IMG/VR virus record: IMGVR_UViG_3300042566_001512
Location: 144,808 to 208,807 of that record
Length of the DNA: 64,000 nucleotides
Reading direction: 5' to 3' (one strand)
Shown here piece by piece: positions 1 through 8,398 of the stretch. The notes under the pieces were generated by a model. The model had not been told where the DNA came from and made no database searches. It was given only the letters and a program-made list of their open reading frames with translations. Positions within the stretch are counted from its first letter, which is position 1, and each line of letters starts with the position of its first letter. The position numbers and the translations under genes are program-made.

Positions 1-1
1 A

Positions 2-844
2 GCATACCTGGCCGGTATAAATGCTACAGCTGAAGCCGCTGCAGCCGCAGCCGATGCTGTGTATGATCAACTTGAAGACATTAAGGTGCAGACGGAGGTA
101 GCCAGAGACGGCGCAGTAATTTCGGCCAACTCCGCTTCAGATTATTCCAATAGTGCCCAAGGCAGCGCGTTTACGGCTTCTCAACAGGCGCAACAAGCTG
201 AGAATAGTGCAGTAGCGGCGAGCGCCCTGGCGGCGGCGGCAGCCGGTAGTGCTTCGACTGCTAGCGGCTACAGTGAAACGGCCCTTCAGGCAGCAATTAC
301 CGCCACAAACGAGGCACAGTCGGCGGAACAATCGGCCGCCGTAGCTACCACTAAAGCACAAGAGGCAGTCCTTGCAGCAAGTGACCCGGGTGTAGTAGCC
401 GTAGGAGCCGACTTGTTAGGTGCAGACACAATAGGTACGGTTGCTGCCGTTTCGCAGGAAGTTGTAAAACTTGCCGGATTGGAAGAAGAAATAGTATCGC
501 TGGCATCGGGGGTTGTTCCTACCAGAGTCGTCACAATTGCAAATGGTAACTCTATTTCTATAAACGCCGATTTGACAGACGTGGCAGTGCAATCGAATAG
601 TCAAGTGGACGGCACACTTACTATAAACGCACCCACAGGAACACCTGGCGATTCTCAAAGATTAATAATTAGATTAAAAACCGACAATATTCAAAACCTA
701 GCATGGAACGGCGTGTTTCAGGGATCTTCCGTCATGCCTCTTCCCTCGGTATCCTCCGGCTTTGGATTTATTGACTATTTTGGTTTTTTCTACGACAGCA
801 CTACTAGTAAATGGCAGCTTGTTTCTTTTGTTGGAGGTTTTTAA
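2..844 (+). CDS. tail fibre-like virion protein (5'-partial)
   Basis: Frame is open to the window edge (AYLAGINATAEAAAAAADAVYDQ...); long Ala/Ser/Gln-rich stalk, then a globular C-terminus ending ...DYFGFFYDSTTSKWQLV. Confidence 0.65.
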   Translation, partial: AYLAGINATAEAAAAAADAVYDQLEDIKVQTEVARDGAVISANSASDYSNSAQGSAFTASQQAQQAENSAVAASALAAAAAGSASTASGYSETALQAAITATNEAQSAEQSAAVATTKAQEAVLAASDPGVVAVGADLLGADTIGTVAAVSQEVVKLAGLEEEIVSLASGVVPTRVVTIANGNSISINADLTDVAVQSNSQVDGTLTINAPTGTPGDSQRLIIRLKTDNIQNLAWNGVFQGSSVMPLPSVSSGFGFIDYFGFFYDSTTSKWQLVSFVGGF

Positions 845-1072
845 ATGATTACAATAGATTTCGAAAGAACGGACGGCAACTACACTTTCAGAGATGCGAT
901 TATACTTCCAGACGACCACGCGTTAACAGAAGAACAAATAGAAGAAATTAAAGATCGGCGCTGGTCAGAATGGTTAAAAGTATTGACGTCGCCGCCTCCT
1001 GCTCTGGACCAAGGCGCGATTGACTTTTTAGACCCAAATAACCAGGTCGATAAAGAGGTAAACAATGGCTGA
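845..1072 (+). CDS. small tail-fibre-associated protein (possible chaperone)
   Basis: 75 aa, abuts the upstream stop and overlaps the next start; lies inside the fibre cassette. Confidence 0.55.
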   Translation: MITIDFERTDGNYTFRDAIILPDDHALTEEQIEEIKDRRWSEWLKVLTSPPPALDQGAIDFLDPNNQVDKEVNNG

Positions 1073-2840
1073 TCGTTATTGGGTAGGCGGTGGCGGCACA
1101 TGGAGCTCCACTATTACGACTAACTGGAGCGAAACTAGCGGTGGAGCGGGGGGCGCTAGCGCGCCGACTAGTTTAGACGATGTCTATTTTGATGCAAACA
1201 GTGACGCGGGAAGTCCTTTTACGGTAACTATATCTACTGGCGCAGTTAATAGAAATATTAAAGTTACGTCATTAGATCAAACAATGACTTTTGGCGGTAC
1301 AGGCACTTGGTCTGTTCATGGCGACTTAGAATTTACTACCGGCGGTCTCTTGGTTAATTCTCACCAAGGAAGCATGAATTTTAATGGCACCGCCGGAGTA
1401 ACTAACTACATAAAGACTAACGGAGTTGTGCTGGTGCCCGGTGGCGGGGCCAGTAATTCGCCCTTTAATATTAGATTGAATATAAATTCTGGTAAATGGG
1501 TATTAGGTTCCGCGCTTTCGATAACACCGCAAAGTTATATGGGTGGTTTTTATGTTAATGGCGGAATATTAGACACCTCGGGATATAATTTAACAGGGGT
1601 GGGATTACAAATCACGGGATCGGCGTCAAAAGAGATATATTTAAGAAACTCCACCGTAACATTAACGTCAAGTTTCTATAATCCTTCTACTGCCGGATCT
1701 TTGTTGTTTGACGCCGGTACGTCTACTCTTAATTTTGGTGTTCTTGGCTCCATCGGCACCAGCGGACAATCTCTTAACTTTTATAATGTAAATTTCGGCA
1801 CTACATCTAGGGGTTCTTCTTCAATCGGTGGCGCGGCCGTATCTTTTAATAAGTTGACTATTGCGGATTCTGTATATAACAGCCCGGTTGTTCTTTCTGG
1901 TAATATAACAACAAACGAATTAGACATAAAGTCATATTGTACAATTATAAGTGACAGTCTTGGGACCCAAAGAACACTTACAATTAATTCCGCGTTTACT
2001 GCAAGCAGTAACCCGATATTGTTTAGGGACGTAAATGTCGCCGGGCCACTGGCTCCTATATCGGGTGCTAATTTTGGCGATGCAGGTAACAATTCCGGTA
2101 TAACGTTTCGCCCAGCAAAAACTCTTTACTCCAGATCTTCTTCGCTTTTTTTATATACATCGTTTACTTGGTCAGACACTAGTAACGGAGTAGCTAATCA
2201 TTATCTTTTGCCACAGGATACCGGCATAATAGATAACAATAGTCAAAGCAATATAGCGTGGCCATATTCTGCGGCCTATTTCTTTGGTACGCTAAACGCC
2301 GAAACTAGAACCACTCCGTTGACTTTAAGTATAAACATCAGCGCCGCCACGCAGTCTTTATATTACGCTACATTTGTTGGTGATTTTAAACTATCGAGCT
2401 CCGTTACTCTTACTACCCCAAGTGGCTCTGGAATAGGTCAAATACTATCATTCCAAGGTAACAAAAATCAAAAAATAAAGTTAAGCGGACAGCAAATAAA
2501 TACAATTAGTATAAGTAAAGTTAATTCTTCTTTAGATTTAGAGAGCGATCTCAATATAGTTAATACCAGAATTTTTGATATATCCTCAGGGACCTTTAAC
2601 ACTAATAACTATAACTTGACCTGTGGTTTCTTTTCATCTAGTAATACCTCCATTCGCAACATAAATTTAGGTACTAGTAAAATTACCCTGACTGGCACCG
2701 GGGTAGTTTGGAACACCGCCACTGCTACAAATCTAGTGCTTTCGGCGCAAAATTCTACAATCGCACTAAAAAACTCAGGAGATCAGAGTTTTGCCGGCGG
2801 TGGATTAAACTACGGTAAATTGTCAGTGGAGAACCCATAA
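1065..2840 (+). CDS. Gly/Ser/Thr-rich beta-strand-repeat adhesin/tail fibre, N-terminal part
   Basis: 591 aa; RYWVGGGGTW...NW...DDVYFDANS module; AGGT SD in the upstream gene; stop overlaps next ATG (TAATG). Confidence 0.7.
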   Translation: MADRYWVGGGGTWSSTITTNWSETSGGAGGASAPTSLDDVYFDANSDAGSPFTVTISTGAVNRNIKVTSLDQTMTFGGTGTWSVHGDLEFTTGGLLVNSHQGSMNFNGTAGVTNYIKTNGVVLVPGGGASNSPFNIRLNINSGKWVLGSALSITPQSYMGGFYVNGGILDTSGYNLTGVGLQITGSASKEIYLRNSTVTLTSSFYNPSTAGSLLFDAGTSTLNFGVLGSIGTSGQSLNFYNVNFGTTSRGSSSIGGAAVSFNKLTIADSVYNSPVVLSGNITTNELDIKSYCTIISDSLGTQRTLTINSAFTASSNPILFRDVNVAGPLAPISGANFGDAGNNSGITFRPAKTLYSRSSSLFLYTSFTWSDTSNGVANHYLLPQDTGIIDNNSQSNIAWPYSAAYFFGTLNAETRTTPLTLSINISAATQSLYYATFVGDFKLSSSVTLTTPSGSGIGQILSFQGNKNQKIKLSGQQINTISISKVNSSLDLESDLNIVNTRIFDISSGTFNTNNYNLTCGFFSSSNTSIRNINLGTSKITLTGTGVVWNTATATNLVLSAQNSTIALKNSGDQSFAGGGLNYGKLSVENP

Positions 2841-5800
2841 TGAAAACGGTAACGATCACTGGAGTAAATACATTTAAAGAAATATCGGACACTAATTGGA
2901 ATTCCGATACTCTGACTATTGTTTTTCCAAACGCGACAACAAATATTGAGAAATGGACAGTGTATGGATCGGCGGCATATCCTGTTACTTTGTCTAGAAC
3001 GGGTTCGTCGGGCTCTTTTACCCTGAACTACACGGGGACGAGCAACATATCTTCCGATTATATTAACGTATCTAACGGCGCTGGACTTCCTTCCAACACG
3101 TGGTATCTTGGGCCAAACAGTGTTAACGGCGTAAATACCTCTGGATTTATTTTTACGTATGGTGCAGTAAGGTATTGGGTGGGCGGCACCGGTACGTGGG
3201 ATCATCAAAGCGCAACAAATTGGGCATACCAAAGTGGCGGTTTCGCCGGGGCGCCGGCTCCCACTAATCTAGATGACGTGTATTTCGATAATAATAGCAG
3301 CAGCGGAGCTTTTACAGTAACCCTCGACAGCGGTTTTGTTGGAACAGGAAGCATAAGCGGAACCACACTGACTATTACCGCCGTTACTAAGGGAACCTTG
3401 GCTGTAGGAAAAAACATCTATTATAATTTATCTAATGTTTTTGCCCCTGATGCGGACTTATCTAACATAACTATACAAAGTATACTAACCGGAACCGGGG
3501 GGGTTGGTACGTACAGAATAAGCACTAGCTTTTCCAACGTGACAAGTAGAGCGATATATTCCGATATACCAAGATGTCGAGATCGCGCGTCGCCCACTAC
3601 AAATAGTTTAAGTTTTGTTGGATCCTCTCCAATAATAATATCCGGAAGCATAGAGGATTCTTTTTCTGTAAATAGCGCTGGCTATTCGTCCGTAATCATT
3701 TTAAACTCCGGATATAATTGCCGACTGGGCGCAGCGGCTTCATTAGCACGATATTTTCTAACCGGTTCTAATAATAGAACTCTGATAAGTTCATTAAGCG
3801 CCTCGATGGTGTTCGTATACTCTGGCGGATTTAATACAAGCAATTTAAGCGTCACACTAAGTAATTTTTTATCGGCTGGTGGATCCTTAACTAGAAACAT
3901 AGATCTTACATATTCTGAAATATTTTTAAGAGACGTATATAACTATCTTAACATAGTGAGCTCGGCAAACTTAACATTTAGTTCTATAAATTCAACAATA
4001 TATCTTAACTTCTACTCCGGACACGAAACGGCAGGATTTTTAACTAACAACCTGCAATACGGAAATATTATTTTTCGACCGGCACCGGCTGGAAGCTCGT
4101 ATGCAATTGTATATTTTACTGGAAATCTATATTGCAGAAACCTAAACATTGAGTCCATTCAGGGTTCTACTAATGCACAAGTAAACGTATGTTTCAACAG
4201 CGGCGCTTCTTCCTCTTTGCCTGTTTACGTAAACGTTTCAGAGAAGTTTACACTTCGTGGGTCCTCCGCTCTGGCCAGAAAGACGTTAGTGGGGTCGTGT
4301 GGCGAACTCAGCGCAAGCTTTAATAAGCCATCAAAGATATACATTACAGCAAGCCAATACGACATAGATTTCGTAGATTTTAGAGACGCAGAATTCACAA
4401 ACACAGTAATATCTGGACAAAGCATTGGAAATCTTGGCAATAACGCCGGCATTCAATTTACGCCACCCAAGACCGTTTATTGGAAAAACACCTCTACTTC
4501 TTACGCCGTTTGGAAGAGTGCATCTTACGCGTTAACCGAAGACGGCGTGGGTTCTTTTGATAACTATCCATTGGCACAAGACACTGTAATTTTTACAGAT
4601 GCAGGAATAGGGGCAAGTGCGTCCATTGGGTTTTTAAATCCATATGACGGACTTGCCGGCAACATCGACATGTCCAGATTAACAAAACCCCTGACCTTTA
4701 ACTGGACGGCATTTACTGGCGGTGGGGGATATAAGGGCATATACGGCGACTTTATTTTATCTAACAGCGTAACAATCAATAGCAACACTCCAATCGCCTT
4801 CTATAATAGAAAAAATTCTATTATAGATACCAAAGGAAAGATCGCTAATGGATATTTCTTTAACAGCGAGAATTGCACCTTAACCATTCAAAGCCCATTA
4901 GTTACATCAGGAGCAGTGACTTTGGTTCGTGGTAATTTATCAATGCTTGCTGATATTACATGTGACACCTTCTCTAGTTCGGCGGTGTTCTTGAGAAGTG
5001 TTGATTTTGGTAGCAACTTTATTAATGTTACAGGATTTAACAAAGATGTAGTTTCAAGTACGTCATCTGGCACCGGCTGGTCTTGTAGTGGAACAAAGAT
5101 GTTTGTCCTACAGGGATCCCCCACTAGCGGAATAAGAAACGTTGGTGGAATAGCATCATCAAATGCCACACAGGATCAAGTGTATTCTTTCAAAGTAGCA
5201 GGTGGTTCTGATACTGTTAGAACGATTAATTTAAGTAGATTTAATAGTATCATTTTTGAAGACGAATTTACAGGATCTAATGGTATTCTGTGGAATTATA
5301 TTTTTGGAGACTTAAGGTTTTCTGGTAACATGACTATAACTCCAACTCCAAGTGGAAGTGCGCATGATCTCTATTTTGTTGGATCAAAACAACAAAACTT
5401 AACAACTAACGGCGTTAATGTACCGAGGACATGTATTATTGCAAAAGACACGGGATCTAACGTTGTTCTTCAAGATGACGTTAATTTTATTCAGCATCTT
5501 AACAATAGCCAAAAGGTTCAGCTGCAATCTGGAACCTTAAATTTAAATGGCCGTAAGCTGACTACGGTTTCGTTCTCTTCAGAAACGTCAAGTCTGAAAA
5601 GCGTTAATTTTGCAAACGGTTCTTTGGTTGTGTCCGGGTCCTCTTTTTCTAATACTTCCACGGCCTTAACTATAACGGGCCCAGGAACCATTAGCATGAC
5701 GAGTAACGCGGCTAAAACGTTTGCAGGTGGAGGGTATCAGAGCTACCCTACGCTTAATCAGGGGGGAGCAGGGACTCTTACAATAACCGGAGCCAACGGG

Positions 5801-6154
5801 TTTCAGGCGATAACGGACACGGATTCGCAGTCCACTATAGTGTTTCCTTCTAACTCCACCACAAGAGTAAACGACTTTAGGCTAAGGGGCGAACCCGGTA
5901 AAATTTTGTCACTACAATCCTCGGTATCTGGGCAGCGGGCTACGCTTACATACTCCGGGATATCGAGCGGCCCAATATTGACTAGCTACGCATCTATTAA
6001 AGACATCTCGGTTACTGGGGCGCAGTGGAATTCTCCAGTAAATTACGGATGTGTTGACGCGGGTAATAACGTAGGTTGGAACTTTGGCAACGTTTCTCTT
6101 AAAAGAGATTTCTCGCCGTTTATGGCAGTTCCTATACCTATTGGTGCAAATTAA
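2840..6154 (+). CDS. Gly/Ser/Thr-rich beta-strand-repeat adhesin/tail fibre, C-terminal part
   Basis: 1104 aa; second RYWVGGTGTW...DDVYFDNNS module; repeats continue from the upstream ORF; GGAG 8 nt before ATG. Confidence 0.7.
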   Translation: MKTVTITGVNTFKEISDTNWNSDTLTIVFPNATTNIEKWTVYGSAAYPVTLSRTGSSGSFTLNYTGTSNISSDYINVSNGAGLPSNTWYLGPNSVNGVNTSGFIFTYGAVRYWVGGTGTWDHQSATNWAYQSGGFAGAPAPTNLDDVYFDNNSSSGAFTVTLDSGFVGTGSISGTTLTITAVTKGTLAVGKNIYYNLSNVFAPDADLSNITIQSILTGTGGVGTYRISTSFSNVTSRAIYSDIPRCRDRASPTTNSLSFVGSSPIIISGSIEDSFSVNSAGYSSVIILNSGYNCRLGAAASLARYFLTGSNNRTLISSLSASMVFVYSGGFNTSNLSVTLSNFLSAGGSLTRNIDLTYSEIFLRDVYNYLNIVSSANLTFSSINSTIYLNFYSGHETAGFLTNNLQYGNIIFRPAPAGSSYAIVYFTGNLYCRNLNIESIQGSTNAQVNVCFNSGASSSLPVYVNVSEKFTLRGSSALARKTLVGSCGELSASFNKPSKIYITASQYDIDFVDFRDAEFTNTVISGQSIGNLGNNAGIQFTPPKTVYWKNTSTSYAVWKSASYALTEDGVGSFDNYPLAQDTVIFTDAGIGASASIGFLNPYDGLAGNIDMSRLTKPLTFNWTAFTGGGGYKGIYGDFILSNSVTINSNTPIAFYNRKNSIIDTKGKIANGYFFNSENCTLTIQSPLVTSGAVTLVRGNLSMLADITCDTFSSSAVFLRSVDFGSNFINVTGFNKDVVSSTSSGTGWSCSGTKMFVLQGSPTSGIRNVGGIASSNATQDQVYSFKVAGGSDTVRTINLSRFNSIIFEDEFTGSNGILWNYIFGDLRFSGNMTITPTPSGSAHDLYFVGSKQQNLTTNGVNVPRTCIIAKDTGSNVVLQDDVNFIQHLNNSQKVQLQSGTLNLNGRKLTTVSFSSETSSLKSVNFANGSLVVSGSSFSNTSTALTITGPGTISMTSNAAKTFAGGGYQSYPTLNQGGAGTLTITGANGFQAITDTDSQSTIVFPSNSTTRVNDFRLRGEPGKILSLQSSVSGQRATLTYSGISSGPILTSYASIKDISVTGAQWNSPVNYGCVDAGNNVGWNFGNVSLKRDFSPFMAVPIPIGAN

Positions 6155-6194
6155 CTATTATAAATTAATTTACTAATTTTTTTTAATTATATAC

Positions 6195-6230
6195 AGCATA
6201 AATGGGAGGGCGAGCCCTCCCATTTATGCT
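6195..6230. terminator. intergenic palindrome / putative terminator
   Basis: AGCATAAATGGGAGGG-cgag-CCCTCCCATTTATGCT, 16-bp arms. Confidence 0.6.
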
Positions 6231-6294
6231 ATGGTCGCTATAAAGAATAAAATTATTTTAATGGTTTTCAATTATTTTAAACTAAGGAACACTA

Positions 6295-7155
6295 ATGGCT
6301 ACACCTAATAAGTTAAGATCACTAAACAGATTACCGTTTGATTTTGTGGACGGGTTAAAGATAAAAGGAACCGACGTAACGGATTTAATGTTTTTATTTT
6401 CCGATCAGGGTGCTTCTCTCGTTGGAAAGAACGGTGGCGGTTCTGTTCAAGACAAACTCGATGAAATAGACGGCCAAGAAAATACAGTAACTGGGCAATT
6501 TTCTTTATCTATATCTGGTTATAGAAACGAAATAACGGGCACTGCTACCGCCTGTTCGGGTAGAAACAACGATGTGTCCGGGAACGATTGTTTTGTAGCA
6601 GGAGACGGCAATACTTCAAGTGGAAATTGGACAACCGCATTCGGTTATAAAAACACAATATCGCACGATCACAGTCATGTAAGAGGCGGCTACAACGGCA
6701 TTACTAGTTGGAGTGGACAAGATGTACGCTGGTCGTACCGTAACTTAGAAGCCCCACTTACCCCAGCTCGTCAACATTTTTACCTGGACTTGAGCGACAA
6801 CACTGCCACCACCGCAGCATCGCAGTTAAAGCTACTAAATGGGAGCGCGTTAATAGGCATTCCAGAGTTGAGTATTTGGAAATGTAAACTGCAAGTGGTC
6901 GCAATGAGTTCTGGAATAAAGGGCGCGTCTTTCGATATATCTTTCACTATACAAAGAGGCGCTAGTTCCACAGTTTTCTTGGGCACTATTGACACCGTTA
7001 GTAAATTAGATTCCGGCTTAGGCACGGCCTCAAACGCAGCATCGGCATCTGTTGCATTGTCTGGAAACAATTTAGTTGTAAATATACAGCCAAGACTGGA
7101 CACTGCGCTTTCTATAAAGTGGGCCGGAACGCTTGAGGTTTTGGAAGTCAGGTGA
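6295..7155 (+). CDS. putative tail fibre/virion protein with YadA-head-like G/N repeats
   Basis: 286 aa; AAGGA SD; repeats ACSGRNNDVSGNDCFVAGDGNTSSGNWTTAFGYKN. Confidence 0.6.
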   Translation: MATPNKLRSLNRLPFDFVDGLKIKGTDVTDLMFLFSDQGASLVGKNGGGSVQDKLDEIDGQENTVTGQFSLSISGYRNEITGTATACSGRNNDVSGNDCFVAGDGNTSSGNWTTAFGYKNTISHDHSHVRGGYNGITSWSGQDVRWSYRNLEAPLTPARQHFYLDLSDNTATTAASQLKLLNGSALIGIPELSIWKCKLQVVAMSSGIKGASFDISFTIQRGASSTVFLGTIDTVSKLDSGLGTASNAASASVALSGNNLVVNIQPRLDTALSIKWAGTLEVLEVR

Positions 7156-7159
7156 CATT

Positions 7160-7198
7160 ATACGACATAAATGGGGGAGACCCCCATTTATGTCGTAT
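7160..7198. terminator. bidirectional hairpin between convergent genes
   Basis: ATACGACATAAATGGGGG-aga-CCCCCATTTATGTCGTAT. Confidence 0.7.
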
Positions 7199-7209
7199 GT
7201 TTTTGAAAT

Positions 7210-7470
7210 TCAGTCAGTGCTGGTATTTTGACTGCCGCTCACTATTACGGCACCACACCCCGCGACGTCACCTGTTTTAATCCCACGTAACGATTTACTT
7301 GTATAGCCCGCTGTGCCCGTTACGCCAGTAACCCCGTGACCGTCGATTGGGCAACTGTGCGAATCCCCACTAATGCACATAGGTATTCCGTTTACAAGAA
7401 CAGAAGAGCCTGCGCTTATCATGGTTCCGCCGTGCGAGCTTGAGTCACCTAACCTCACTACCTTTGCCAT
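7210..7470 (-). CDS. PAAR-like spike tip protein
   Basis: RLGDSSSHGG...VLVNGIP...GDSHSCPIDGHG...GDVAGCGAVIVSG; His/Cys metal ligands; next to spike gene. Confidence 0.9.
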   Translation of the reverse strand: MAKVVRLGDSSSHGGTMISAGSSVLVNGIPMCISGDSHSCPIDGHGVTGVTGTAGYTSKSLRGIKTGDVAGCGAVIVSGSQNTSTD

Positions 7471-7480
7471 GGTATCTCCT

Positions 7481-8317
7481 TTAATTGATGCTGGTGGCAG
7501 CAGAACTAAGACTCAGACTACTTGAATCGGTTATAGAAGTTCCGCTTGAAGAGGATATACTAGTGCTACCAGATTTTATATCTATAGTAGAGTTGGCCTT
7601 AAGTACGTAGTCATTGCATTTAACAGTGTATGTCTGGGGTACAGTCACGTCCAAATTTGGTCCTTTCATATCGAAAATAGTATTGTCTACATTTTTTAGG
7701 ACTATCTGCGTCTGACTAGAGTCCAATAAGACGTAATTACCAACGTCATCGGTTATGACCAGTTTACCATTTCCTGTGTCTAGTTGTATATCGTAACCAA
7801 ACGGCTCAGCGTTATCTTTGCTAGTGTGCAGGGTTATTAGTTTTTTATGCGTGCTTATTTCTATAAAATAAAAAGTCTGGGAATTCATCTCTGCAGATTC
7901 GTTGGTCGTTGCACTAAACGCGTATATAACCGTCTCTAGCTTTCTTAGCTTAAGATCTTCATTTAGTGTGGCCCAAAAATACCTATCGGTGTCGCCAAAC
8001 TTGTAAAGCATCACCATTTCCCCTCTACGCACGTCAGGGGGCGTTGTTCTGTTTGCTGCACCTATGGGTAGCCACTTAGCTTTGATGGTCGTAGTGGCCT
8101 GTACAGTGGCCTCGTAGCTCGATCCTAGGTTGTCTACAGCTTTAGCCGAGTAGTCAGTTGCGGCCGGTACTAGTTCGCCATCGAGCATCGGCATCTCCTC
8201 GATGGGAGTTACTTCTACTTCTTTACTGGATAATAATTTATTTTCAGCTACCGTACCTAAAGAATAGAACTTCAGCTTACTAATTTGCGGTGCAAATGGA
8301 TCAAAAACGTTTTCCAT
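7481..8317 (-). CDS. baseplate central spike protein (phiKZ gp164-like)
   Basis: N-terminal OB-like region (PPDVRRGEMVMLYKFGDTDRYFW), C-terminal beta-helix-like repeats; directly upstream of PAAR. Confidence 0.75.
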   Translation of the reverse strand: MENVFDPFAPQISKLKFYSLGTVAENKLLSSKEVEVTPIEEMPMLDGELVPAATDYSAKAVDNLGSSYEATVQATTTIKAKWLPIGAANRTTPPDVRRGEMVMLYKFGDTDRYFWATLNEDLKLRKLETVIYAFSATTNESAEMNSQTFYFIEISTHKKLITLHTSKDNAEPFGYDIQLDTGNGKLVITDDVGNYVLLDSSQTQIVLKNVDNTIFDMKGPNLDVTVPQTYTVKCNDYVLKANSTIDIKSGSTSISSSSGTSITDSSSLSLSSAATSIN

Positions 8318-8398
8318 AATTAAAATATTTCCTTTTTGTGTTAAACTATTTTTTAGTCATATGAAGTGTTTCACAGATACTATCTAGCATAAATAAAA

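Noticed and set aside
7210-8317. PAAR plus spike as a type VI secretion or tailocin locus
   Set aside because: The context is a contractile-tailed jumbo phage, where these are normal baseplate parts.
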